From contig CAWJMB010000002.1 of the NCBI GenBank assembly GCA_963843845.1, positions 1,792,001 through 1,856,000 of the forward strand: DNA of 64,000 nt, read 5' to 3'. How positions within the stretch are numbered: position 1 is the first letter of the stretch; the number at the start of each line of letters is the position of its first letter. This DNA comes from an uncultured Gemmatimonadaceae bacterium (GTDB taxonomy: Bacteria; Gemmatimonadota; Gemmatimonadetes; Gemmatimonadales; Gemmatimonadaceae). The notes beneath the pieces were generated by a model. The model was not told where the DNA came from. It did no database searches and was given only the letters and a program-made list of their open reading frames with translations. The position numbers and the translations under genes are program-made. This document shows positions 1 to 9,082 of the stretch, piece after piece.

Positions 1-15
1 GGAGCCGGCGGGCGA

Positions 16-3000
16 GTGAGCGACCGGTATCCATCGCTGCCGGCGGAGCTGTCCGCCGACGCGCTCGAGCGCGAGATCCTCGCGGGGTGGGAGCGTGACG
101 GGCTGTTCGAGCGGTCGCTCGCGGCGCGCGCCGGCGCGCCCGACTTCGTGTTCTACGAGGGGCCGCCGACCGCGAACGGGCGCCCCGGCATCCACCACGT
201 CTACGCGCGCACCATCAAGGATCTGTTCTGCCGCCACCGCGCGATGCAGGGCTTCCGCGTGCTGCGCAAGGCAGGGTGGGACACGCACGGCCTGCCCGTC
301 GAGATCGAGGTCGAGAAAGCGTTAGGCATCAGCGGGAAGCAGGACATCGAGCGGCTCGGCGTCGCGGAGTTCAACCGGCTCTGCCGCGAGAGCGTGTTCA
401 GGTACCGCAGCGAGTGGGAGCAGCTCTCGTCGCGCATCGGGGTACTGGCTGGACTACGCGAATCCGTACGTCACGTACACGAACGAGTACGTGGAGAGCG
501 TGTGGTGGGCGCTCAAGACGCTGCACGAGAAGGGCCTGCTCTACCTCGGCCACAAGATCCTTCCGTACTGCTCGCGGTGCGGCACGGCGCTGTCGTCGCA
601 CGAAGTCGCGCAGGGATACGAGGAGGTCGAGGATCCGAGCGTGTACGTGGCGCTCGATCTGGAGGGGCGCGAGTGCAGGCGCGCGTCCGCCGTCGCATCC
701 TCGTGTGGACGACGACGCCGTGGACGCTCGTGTCGAACACGGCGCTCGCCGTGCACCCCGAGCTGACGTACGTCGAGCTGCGCAAGAAGAACGTCACCGA
801 GTGGACGATCGTGCTCGCCGAGGCGCGCGTCGCGGCGGTGCTGGGCGCGGACTGGGCGCGACGCGGTGGGACGTCGTCGGGTCAGATGCTGGGCGCGGAG
901 CTCGCCGGCACGCGCTACCGTCGCCCGCTCGACTGGGTCGCGTACCCGGACGAGGGCGCGCACGAGATCATCGTCGCCGAAGACTTCGTGTCCGCGAGCG
1001 ACGGCTCGGGTGTCGTGCACATGGCGCCGGCGTTCGGCGCGGACGACTACGCGGCGGGGCGCCGGCACGGGCTCGCGTTCATGCAGCCGGTGAACGCGCG
1101 CGGCGAGTTCGACGCGGACGTGCCGGTCGTCGGCGGGATGTTCGTCGAAGAAGGCGGACGCGCTGATCATCGAGGAGCTGCGCGAGCGCGACGTGCTGTG
1201 GAAGGCGGGGACGTTCCTGCACCAGTACCCGCACTGCTGGCGGTGCCGCACGCCGCTGCTCTACTACGCGCGCGAGTCGTGGTTCGTGCGCACCACGGCG
1301 TACCGCGACGAGATGCTCGCGCGCAACGCGGCGATCGACTGGCACCCGCCGGAGGTCGGCGCGGGTCGGTTCGGCGAGTGGCTCGAGAACAACATCGACT
1401 GGGCGATCTCGCGCGACCGCTACTGGGGAACGCCGCTGCCGGTGTGGGTCAACGACGCCGACCCGTCCGAGGTCGACGTGATCGGCAGCTACGCGGAGCT
1501 CGCGCAGCGCATCGGCCGCGACGCTGCCTCGACGACTTCGATCCGCACAAGCCGTTCATCGACGAGTACACGTGGCCGGCGCCGAGCGGCACGGGCACGA
1601 TGCGGCGCGTGCCCGAGGTCATCGACACCTGGTTCGACTCGGGGTCGATGCCGTTCGCGCAGTGGCACTATCCGTTCGAGAATCGCGAGCAGACGGCGGC
1701 GCAGTTCCCCGCCGACTTCATCGCCGAGGGCGTCGACCAGACGCGCGGGTGGTTCTACTCGCTGCTCGCGATCGCGACGGGGCTCGGCGACGCGCTGCCG
1801 AACAACGGCGGCGTTCCGGCTTCGCCCTATCGCAGCGTCGTCGTCAACAACCAGGTCGTCGACGCGGCCGGGAAGAAGATGTCGAAGAGTCGCGGCAACG
1901 CGGTCGATCCGTGGGCCGTGATCGAGCGGCATGGCGTCGATGCCGTGCGGCTCTTCTTCGTCGGCGTCGGGCAGCTCGCGAACGTGCGTCGGTTCGACGA
2001 ATCCGAGATCCGCGAGTTCGCGGGGCGCTTCCTCCTCACGCTCCGCAACGTCTACAGCTTCTTCGCGCTGTACGCGAACTTCGGCTGGGAGCCGAGCCGC
2101 GACGATCCGCCGGTCGACCGAGCGTCCGCTGCTCGACCGCTGGGTGCTGTCGCGCCTCGCGGCCGTCGAAGCCGACGCCGACGCGGCGCTCACGGCGTAC
2201 GACGCGACGACGGCGGTGCGTCGCGTGCTCGAGTTCTTCGACGACGACGTGTCGAAGTGGTACGTGCGTCTCACGCGCGACCGCTTCTGGGACGACCTGT
2301 CGGCGCCGAGACGCGCGCGCGGCGTTCGCGACGCTGCACGAAGTGCTCGTCGTGACGACGCCGACTGCTCGCCCCGGTCGCGCCGTTCCTGCCGACTGGC
2401 TGCACCGCGCGCTCACCGGCGAATCGGTGCATCTCGCGCCGTACGCTCGCGGCGGACGCACGGCCGGCCACCGCGGCACACGACGTCGAGGCCGCGATGA
2501 CCGCCGTGCAGCGCCTCGCGACGCTCGGCCGCGCGGCGCGCGAGAGCGTGCGATCGCCGGTGCGGCAGCCGCTCGCCGAGCTCGTCGCGGTGATTCCATA
2601 CGCCGGGAGCGGGGCGACCGGCACGGTCGCGCGGCTCGTGCGTGAGCTCGAGCCGGTGCTCATGAGCGAGCTGAACGTGAAGCGCGTGCGATGGGCGGAG
2701 ACGGGCGACGCGCTCGTCACGCTCGAGGCGAAAGCGAACTTCCGGCAGCTCGGCAAGCGGTTCGGCAAGTCGACGCCGCTCGCCGCGAAGGGCGCCGAGG
2801 CGCTCAGCTCGGACGCGCTGCACCGCTTCGAGCACGGCGACGCGGTCGCGATCAGCGTCGACGGCGTCGACCACGTGCTCGAGGCGGGCGACGTCACCGT
2901 CGTGCGGCGCGCCACGGGCGGGTACGTCGTGCAGGAGTCGGACGGCTATGTCGTGGCGCTCGACGCCGAGGTCACGCCGGAGCTGCGGGCGGAGGGGCTC

Positions 3001-3267
3001 GCTCGCGAGCTCATCAGTCGGGTACAGCGTATGCGCAAGGAGGCCGGGCTCGCCGTCAGCGACCGCATCACGTTGCTGATGGACGGTGATGCGGACGTGG
3101 CAGCGGCGGCGCGGGCGCACACCGAGTATGTCGCGCGCGAGACACTCGCGTCGTCCATACTCGTGGGAACCCGGCGGGGTACAACAGCTCCGTCCGATCA
3201 TACGCTGACGCAGACGCTCGACTTCGACGGTCGCAGCCTCGTCGTCACACTCAGCAAGGACTCCTGA
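16..3267 (+). CDS. ileS: Isoleucine--tRNA ligase, type 2; split by several frameshifts
   Basis: [73 protein letters not shown] and C-terminal [16 protein letters not shown] distributed over ORFs 16, 491, 1193, 1931 and 2497. Confidence 0.97.
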
Positions 3268-3701
3268 TGCCGTCCAGCGCACCCTCCAAGAGCCCGGCGA
3301 AAAAGTCGAAGGGCTTGCCCAAGAAGCAGATCGCGCACTTCGAGAAGCGGCTGCACGAAGAGCGGCGTCGCGTGCTCAAGGAGCTCGGCCACCACGGCGA
3401 CGCGTTCGGCGCGACATTCGCAGGAGTCGGACGGCGACCTGAGCTCGTACTCGTTCCACATGGCCGATCAGGGGACCGACGCCATGGAGCGGGAGAAGGC
3501 GTTCCTGTTCGCGAGCAAGGAAGGACGCTTTCTCTGGCACATCGACGAGGCGTTGCGGCGCCTGTACGGTCGCCCGAGACGTTCGGCAGTGTCACAGCTG
3601 CGGCAAGGAGATCGCGTTCGAGCGCCTCGACGCGCTTCCGCACGCGCGCTACTGCATCGATTGCAAGCAGCGCGAGGAAGACGGCGAAGAAGGCGGGCTG
3701 A
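3267..3701 (+). CDS. DksA/TraR-family C4 zinc-finger protein; frameshifted
   Basis: Coiled-coil N-terminus, HMADQGTDAMEREK, IDEALRRL; third frame reads SCGKEIAFERLDALPHARYCIDCKQ. Confidence 0.85.
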   Translation: MPSSAPSKSPAKKSKGLPKKQIAHFEKRLHEERRRVLKELGHHGDAFGATFAGVGRRPELVLVPHGRSGDRRHGAGEGVPVREQGRTLSLAHRRGVAAPVRSPETFGSVTAAARRSRSSASTRFRTRATASIASSARKTAKKAG

Positions 3702-3709
3702 GGCGACCG

Positions 3710-4230
3710 ATGCTCCGGGCGCAGGAGGCGGACGAGCTCACGACGAACGGCGTCGTCTACTGGCCCGTCGCGATGGCGATCGTGCTGGCCGACGCCGCGA
3801 CGAAGCAGATGGCGGAGTACGCCCTGCGGCCGGTCGGCATGCCGTATCCCGTCGTCGGCGACCATGTGCGCTTCACGCTGGTCTACAACCCCGGCGCGGC
3901 GTTCGGGCTGCACCTCGGCCCGCACTCGCGCTGGATCTTTCTGGCGCTGACCGGCGCGGTCGTCGCGGTCATCTGTGGCGGCTGTATCGTCAGACGCGCG
4001 ATCGCGACAACGTCCGCACGCTCTCCTCGCGCTCGTGTCGCGGCGGCGCGGTCGGCAACGCGCTCGACCGACTGCGATCGCCGGACGGCGTGGTCGACTT
4101 CCTCGACGTCGGCACTGCGGCAACGCGGTGGCCCACGTTCAATCTTGCCGACGTGGCCGTGAGCGTCGGCGCCTTCTTGCTAGCGTGGGTGCTGTGGGGG
4201 GAAGACGCGTCGTGCAGCGATCCGCTCGAT
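3710..4230 (+). CDS. lspA: Lipoprotein signal peptidase II, copy 1; frameshifted, 3' end uncertain
   Basis: DAATK, YNPGAAFG, GGAVGNALDR, GVVDFLD, WPTFNLADVAV. Confidence 0.9.
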
Positions 4231-4789
4231 CCGCAGGGTCGTCGCACGATCGCCAGGCCGGCTCGCCGGCCGTGGCGATCGCGATCGTCGGGCACTCATC
4301 GTCGTGTTCGATCAGTGGACGAAGCACCTCGCGGTGCAGAACCTGGTGCCGCGACACATGCCGCACCCCGTCATCGGGGACGTCGTTCGCTTCACGCTGA
4401 CGTACAATCCGGGCGCCGCGTTCGGGATGCACCTGGGTGCCGCGTCGCGGTGGGTGTTCACGGTGCTGACGCTGCTGATCCTCGGCTTCCTGCTCCGGCT
4501 CTACGGTGGCACGCCGCGCGCCGACGTGCCGCTCCGCCTCGCCGTGGCGACGGTGATCGGCGGCGCGATCGGCAACCTCGTCGACCGGCTGCGTTCGCCC
4601 CTGGGGGTCGTCGACTTCATCGACGTCGGGGTGGGCGACGTGCGCTTCTGGACGTTCAACGTCGCGGATACCGCCGTGAGCCTCGGCGCCATCTGCCTCG
4701 TCGTGCTGCTGTGGCGGCGCGACGCGCAGGCGATGCGCGCCGAGCAGAGCGTCGCCGAGCGCGCGGAGGCCGAGCCGGCACCGCCGTGA
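4212..4789 (+). CDS. lspA: Lipoprotein signal peptidase II, copy 2; 5' end uncertain
   Basis: DQWTK, YNPGAAFG, GGAIGNLVDR, GVVDFID, FWTFNVADTAV. Confidence 0.92.
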
Positions 4790-4799
4790 GCGCGCAGCC

Positions 4800-5822
4800 G
4801 TGAGCGCGGGTCGACACGAGTTCGTCGTCGCTGACACCGCCCGAGACGTCCGGCTCGACGTCGCCGTCGCGGCCCGGCTCGGCCTGTCGCGCAATCAGGC
4901 GGCGACGCTGATCGCCGCCGGGCGCGTCCTCGTCGACGGCGCGCACGAGAAGGCGGGGTTCAGACTCCGCGGCACCGAGCGGATCGTCGCCGACGTCCCG
5001 CCTCCGCCCGGGCGCGATGTGATCGGTGAGTCGATTCCGGTCGCCGTCGTCTACGAAGACGAGCATCTCGTCGTCGTCGACAAGGCGGCGGGCATGGTGG
5101 TCCATCCGGCCCCGGGCAACTGGTCGGGAACGCTCGTGAACGCGCTCGTCGGTCGCGGACAGGAGCTCGCCCCCGGGAGCGCCGACGAGCGACCCGGCCT
5201 CGTGCATCGCCTCGACAAGGATACGAGCGGCCTGCTCGTCGTCGCGAAGAGCGACCGCGCCCACCGCCTGTTGAGCGCCGCGATCGCCGAGCGCCGCATC
5301 ACGCGGCGGTACGCGGCAGTGTGTTGGGGGCATCTCTCCGACGATCGCGTGACCGTCGACCGGCCGATCGGGCGCGACCCGCGCGACCGCAAGCGGATGG
5401 CGATCGTGCCGGCCGGCAAGGCGGCACGGACCGACTTCCTCCGCCTCGCACGCTTCGACGCCGGCGATCTCCTGCGCGCGCATCTCCACTCGGGACGGAC
5501 GCATCAGATCCGCGTTCATCTCGCGAGCGTCGGACACCCGGTGCTCGGTGACGACACGTACGGAGGCGGAGGCGGGCGCCGGCTCGTCGCCCTGCCGCCG
5601 AAGCGGCACTTCCTCCATGCCGCGTGGCTGCGCTTTCGCCACCCGATCACGAGCGCGCCGCTCGATCTGCGCTCCCCGTTGCCTGACGATCTGCGCACGT
5701 CGCTCGTCCGAATGAGCGAGGACCCGGCGGCGTCGGACGACGCCGACCCGCTGACTCGCTACGGATTCTATGACGACGACGACGATCGCGGAGCCGGAGA
5801 GCACGCCGGAGCCATACGATGA
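4800..5822 (+). CDS. rluD: RluA/RluD-family 23S rRNA pseudouridine synthase with S4 domain
   Basis: RLDVAVA S4 domain, DKAAGMVVHP, VHRLDKDTSG, GRTHQIRVHL. Confidence 0.93.
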   Translation: MSAGRHEFVVADTARDVRLDVAVAARLGLSRNQAATLIAAGRVLVDGAHEKAGFRLRGTERIVADVPPPPGRDVIGESIPVAVVYEDEHLVVVDKAAGMVVHPAPGNWSGTLVNALVGRGQELAPGSADERPGLVHRLDKDTSGLLVVAKSDRAHRLLSAAIAERRITRRYAAVCWGHLSDDRVTVDRPIGRDPRDRKRMAIVPAGKAARTDFLRLARFDAGDLLRAHLHSGRTHQIRVHLASVGHPVLGDDTYGGGGGRRLVALPPKRHFLHAAWLRFRHPITSAPLDLRSPLPDDLRTSLVRMSEDPAASDDADPLTRYGFYDDDDDRGAGEHAGAIR

Positions 5823-6297
5823 GGACGACGCCGCCCACGTGATGCTCGCGCGCGTCGGCGTGACGCCGGTCGCGGTGCCGACGACGCAGCTGCGCGAGGT
5901 GATCCGCGCTCGCCCGGCGACACGCGTGCCGGGGACGCCCGGTTGGATTCGCGGGATCGTCGCCGTGCGCGGCGCGCTCGTCCCGGTCGCCGATCTCGCG
6001 TGGCGCGCGCACGCGCCAGTCTCGCTCGACGCGTCGCGCGACGGCGACGCCGTCTCCGCGCCGTGGCTCGCCCTCGTCGAGCACGACGGGCGCGCGGTAG
6101 CCATCGGCGTGACCGGCTTCGACGGCGTCTACCGTGTCGCCGCCGAGCTCCCGAGCGCCTCGCGCACGAGCGACACGTTGCCGCGGCGCGGGGCGGTGCG
6201 TCTTGCCACCGACGGAGTCGCCGAGTCCGGCGACGCGCGCGACGTCGACGTGCTCGACGTCGGCGCGCTCTTGGACCAGATCTTCGACGGAGAGTGA
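5770..6297 (+). CDS. cheW: CheW-like coupling protein, divergent
   Basis: REVIR..TRVPGTPGWIRGIVAVRGALVPVADL and C-terminal VLDVGALL. Confidence 0.85.
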   Translation: MTTTTIAEPESTPEPYDEDDAAHVMLARVGVTPVAVPTTQLREVIRARPATRVPGTPGWIRGIVAVRGALVPVADLAWRAHAPVSLDASRDGDAVSAPWLALVEHDGRAVAIGVTGFDGVYRVAAELPSASRTSDTLPRRGAVRLATDGVAESGDARDVDVLDVGALLDQIFDGE

Positions 6298-6300
6298 CGC

Positions 6301-6663
6301 GTGGGCAAGTCCGTACTGATCTGCGACGATGCCATCTTCATGCGGACGATGGTGAGTGACATCCTGACGCAGGCCGGATTCGACGTGGTCGGCGAGGCGG
6401 AGACCGGTGTGCAGGCGGTCGAGCAGTACCGCGCGCTGCGCCCCGACTTCGTGACGATGGACATCGTGATGCCCGAGATGGGCGGCATCGACGCGGTCCG
6501 CGAGATCGTGAAGCACGACCCGAGCGCGCGCGTGCTGATGTGCAGCGCGATGGGGCAGCAGGCGCTCGTCGTCGAGGCGATCCAGGCGGGCGCACGCGAC
6601 TTCGTCGTCAAGCCGTTCCAGCCGAGTCGCGTGCTCGAGGCGGTGTCGCGGATCCTCAACTGA
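6301..6663 (+). CDS. cheY: CheY-like single-domain response regulator
   Basis: LICDDAIFMR, TMDIVMPEMGG, MCSAMGQQ, FVVKPF; resembles the Bacillus/Thermotoga CheY and Myxococcus DifD type. Confidence 0.95.
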   Translation: MGKSVLICDDAIFMRTMVSDILTQAGFDVVGEAETGVQAVEQYRALRPDFVTMDIVMPEMGGIDAVREIVKHDPSARVLMCSAMGQQALVVEAIQAGARDFVVKPFQPSRVLEAVSRILN

Positions 6664-6719
6664 CGGCGGCCGCGCGCGCAGGATGACCTTCGCGATGCCG
6701 CTGGCCGTCCGTTAGGCAG

Positions 6720-8384
6720 GTGCTCACGACGACGACCGCGCGGTACACCGCGCTCTTCGCGAGCGAGTCGCGCGAGCTGCTGCGCGGCGCGTCGCGAGCG
6801 CTCGCGTCGCTCGCGACCGATGCGCCGCGCGGCCTCGCCGGACGGCGGTCGGACGAGCAGGCGATCGACGCGGTGTTCCGCGCCGTCCACTCGCTGAAGG
6901 GGATGGCCGCGACGCTCGCGTTCGACGCGGTCGAGGCGCTCGCTCACGCGCTCGAATCGGTGCTGCACCGGGCGCGCGATGGTGCACTCACGGTCACTGG
7001 CGACGTCGTCGAGCGGCTGGTCCATGCGGTCGACGCGCTCGAGCGCGCGGTCGACGCAGCGCTCGTGGGAAGCAGCGCGGACGTGCGCGACGACGTCGCC
7101 CGGCTCGACGCGCTCGCCACCGAGCGCGAGCCGTTCGTCCCGCGCCGCGACGCACCGGGCGGTCGCGTCGAGCACGCTGGCGTCGCACGCTCCGACTCCT
7201 TCCGTTCGGACGTCCTCGCCTCGGCGGTGGTGCCACGCGAGACGCACGTCCGCGTCGCACGCGAGCGGCTCGACGTGTTGTTGAACGTGAGCAGCGAGCT
7301 GACCGTGCTCGGGTCGCGTCTGGCGAACGCCGTCCAGGGTGCCGCGGACCCGCGGCTCGCCGCTGTCACGAACGACGTAGTGCGGCTGATCGCGACGCTG
7401 CACGATGAGGTGCGCGAGGCACGGACGGCGCCGGTGGGAGAGGTGTTCGACCGTCTGCCGCGTGTCGTCCGCGAGTCCGCGCGCGATGCGGGCAAGCGCG
7501 TGGAGCTGTCGATCGAAGGGAGCGACGTCACGCTCGACCGCGGCATGCTCGAGGAGCTGACCGACCCGCTCGTGCATCTGTTGCGCAACGCTGTCGACCA
7601 TGGCGTCGAGCCGGCGAGCGTGCGCGTCGCCGCGGGCAAGGATGCGACCGGTCGCGTCACGATCCGCGCGGCGCGCGAACGAAACGCCGTGACGGTCGAG
7701 GTCCGCGACGACGGGGGCGGGATCGATCGCGCCCGCGTCGCGGCGCGCGCCGGGCTCGACGCCGCGCCGCTCGACGACTCGGCGCTCCTCGAGCTGATCG
7801 CGCGTCCCGGCTTCACGACCGCGTCGGTCGTCGGACGGCTGTCCGGGCGCGGCGTCGGCATCGACGCGGTGCGCGATCGCGTGCGTCGCCTCGGCGGGAG
7901 CTTCACGCTCGCGACGGAGCGGGGCCGGGGAAGCTGCTTCATGATCCGGCTCCCCCTCACGCTCGCCGTGACACGAGCGCTCGTCGTCCGCGTCGGGGGC
8001 GCCAGCTACGCCATCCCGATCACGCACGTCGTCGAGACGCTGTCGTGCGCGGACGCAGTCATGAACGAGTCGCTGACGTTGCTGCAGCACCGCGAGGCGG
8101 TGATCCCTGTCGTCCGACTCGTGCGAGCGCTGCGACAGGCGGCGCCGGACGAGGCTCCGGCCGACGACGACGCGGTGCCCGACGAAGCGGTCGTCGTCGA
8201 CGGCCCGTCCGGTCGCGCGGCGATGCTCGTCGACGCGATCGACGGGCAGGAGGCGTTCCTGGTGAAGCCGCTCCCGCCGTTGCGCGGGGCGTTCAGAATC
8301 TTCGGAGGGGTGACGACACTCGTCGATGGTACGCCCGCGCTCGTGCTCGACGTGCCGGCACTGCTCTCTCACGGCCCCGCATGA
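6720..8384 (+). CDS. cheA: CheA histidine kinase (Hpt, dimerisation, HATPase, CheW-like)
   Basis: FRAVHSLKG, LVHLLRNAVDHG, DDGGGID, GFTTA..SGRGVGID, RLPLTLA. Confidence 0.95.
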   Translation: MLTTTTARYTALFASESRELLRGASRALASLATDAPRGLAGRRSDEQAIDAVFRAVHSLKGMAATLAFDAVEALAHALESVLHRARDGALTVTGDVVERLVHAVDALERAVDAALVGSSADVRDDVARLDALATEREPFVPRRDAPGGRVEHAGVARSDSFRSDVLASAVVPRETHVRVARERLDVLLNVSSELTVLGSRLANAVQGAADPRLAAVTNDVVRLIATLHDEVREARTAPVGEVFDRLPRVVRESARDAGKRVELSIEGSDVTLDRGMLEELTDPLVHLLRNAVDHGVEPASVRVAAGKDATGRVTIRAARERNAVTVEVRDDGGGIDRARVAARAGLDAAPLDDSALLELIARPGFTTASVVGRLSGRGVGIDAVRDRVRRLGGSFTLATERGRGSCFMIRLPLTLAVTRALVVRVGGASYAIPITHVVETLSCADAVMNESLTLLQHREAVIPVVRLVRALRQAAPDEAPADDDAVPDEAVVVDGPSGRAAMLVDAIDGQEAFLVKPLPPLRGAFRIFGGVTTLVDGTPALVLDVPALLSHGPA

Positions 8385-9010
8385 CGACGACACTCGATCC
8401 GGTCCGCTCGCTCTCGCCGCTCCAGCTCGACGCGCTCCGCGAAGTCGCGAACATGGGCGCCGGGCACGCCGCGACCGCGCTCTCGCAGATGACGGGCGGT
8501 CGCATCATGATCAGCGTGCCCCGGCTGCATGTCGCACCGTTAGGCGCGCTGACGCCGCCGTTCGCCGGCGAACGCGAGGCGGTCGCCGCGGTCACGCTCG
8601 ACATGCTCGGTGACCTCACGGGGCGCACGATGCTGCTCTTCCCGAAGTCGACCGTGATGCGGCTTGCGGAGTTGATGCTGCGGAGGCCTGCCGGATCGTC
8701 CGTCGCGCTCGGCGAGCTGGAACGCTCCGCCGTGCGCGAGGCGGGGAACATCCTCAGCGGCGCGTACCTCAACGCGCTCGCCGACTTCATGGGCATGGTG
8801 TTGCTGCCGTCGCCGCCGCGTCTCGTCGTCGAGGCGTCGTCGTCGTTGCTCGCCGCCGGCGCGTTCGGCGCACAGGCGGCCGACTACGCGTTCGTGGTCG
8901 AGACGGAGTTTCTGCTGCACGACATCGCCGAGCAGTTGCACGGCTATTTCCTGCTGCTTCCGGACCCGGCGTCGCTCCACGCGATCCTGCGCGCCGTACG
9001 ACTCGCCTGA
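8381..9010 (+). CDS. cheC: CheC-family phosphatase
   Basis: LDALREVANMGAGHAATALSQM and SAVREAGNIL (two ExxN motifs); ATG overlaps cheA stop. Confidence 0.93.
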   Translation: MTTTLDPVRSLSPLQLDALREVANMGAGHAATALSQMTGGRIMISVPRLHVAPLGALTPPFAGEREAVAAVTLDMLGDLTGRTMLLFPKSTVMRLAELMLRRPAGSSVALGELERSAVREAGNILSGAYLNALADFMGMVLLPSPPRLVVEASSSLLAAGAFGAQAADYAFVVETEFLLHDIAEQLHGYFLLLPDPASLHAILRAVRLA

Positions 9011-9082
9011 CGGCGCGGAGCTCGTGCGACGATGGGTCGGCTCGCACCGGCTGCGCCGTGGACCAGTAGCGCTGTCGCACGC

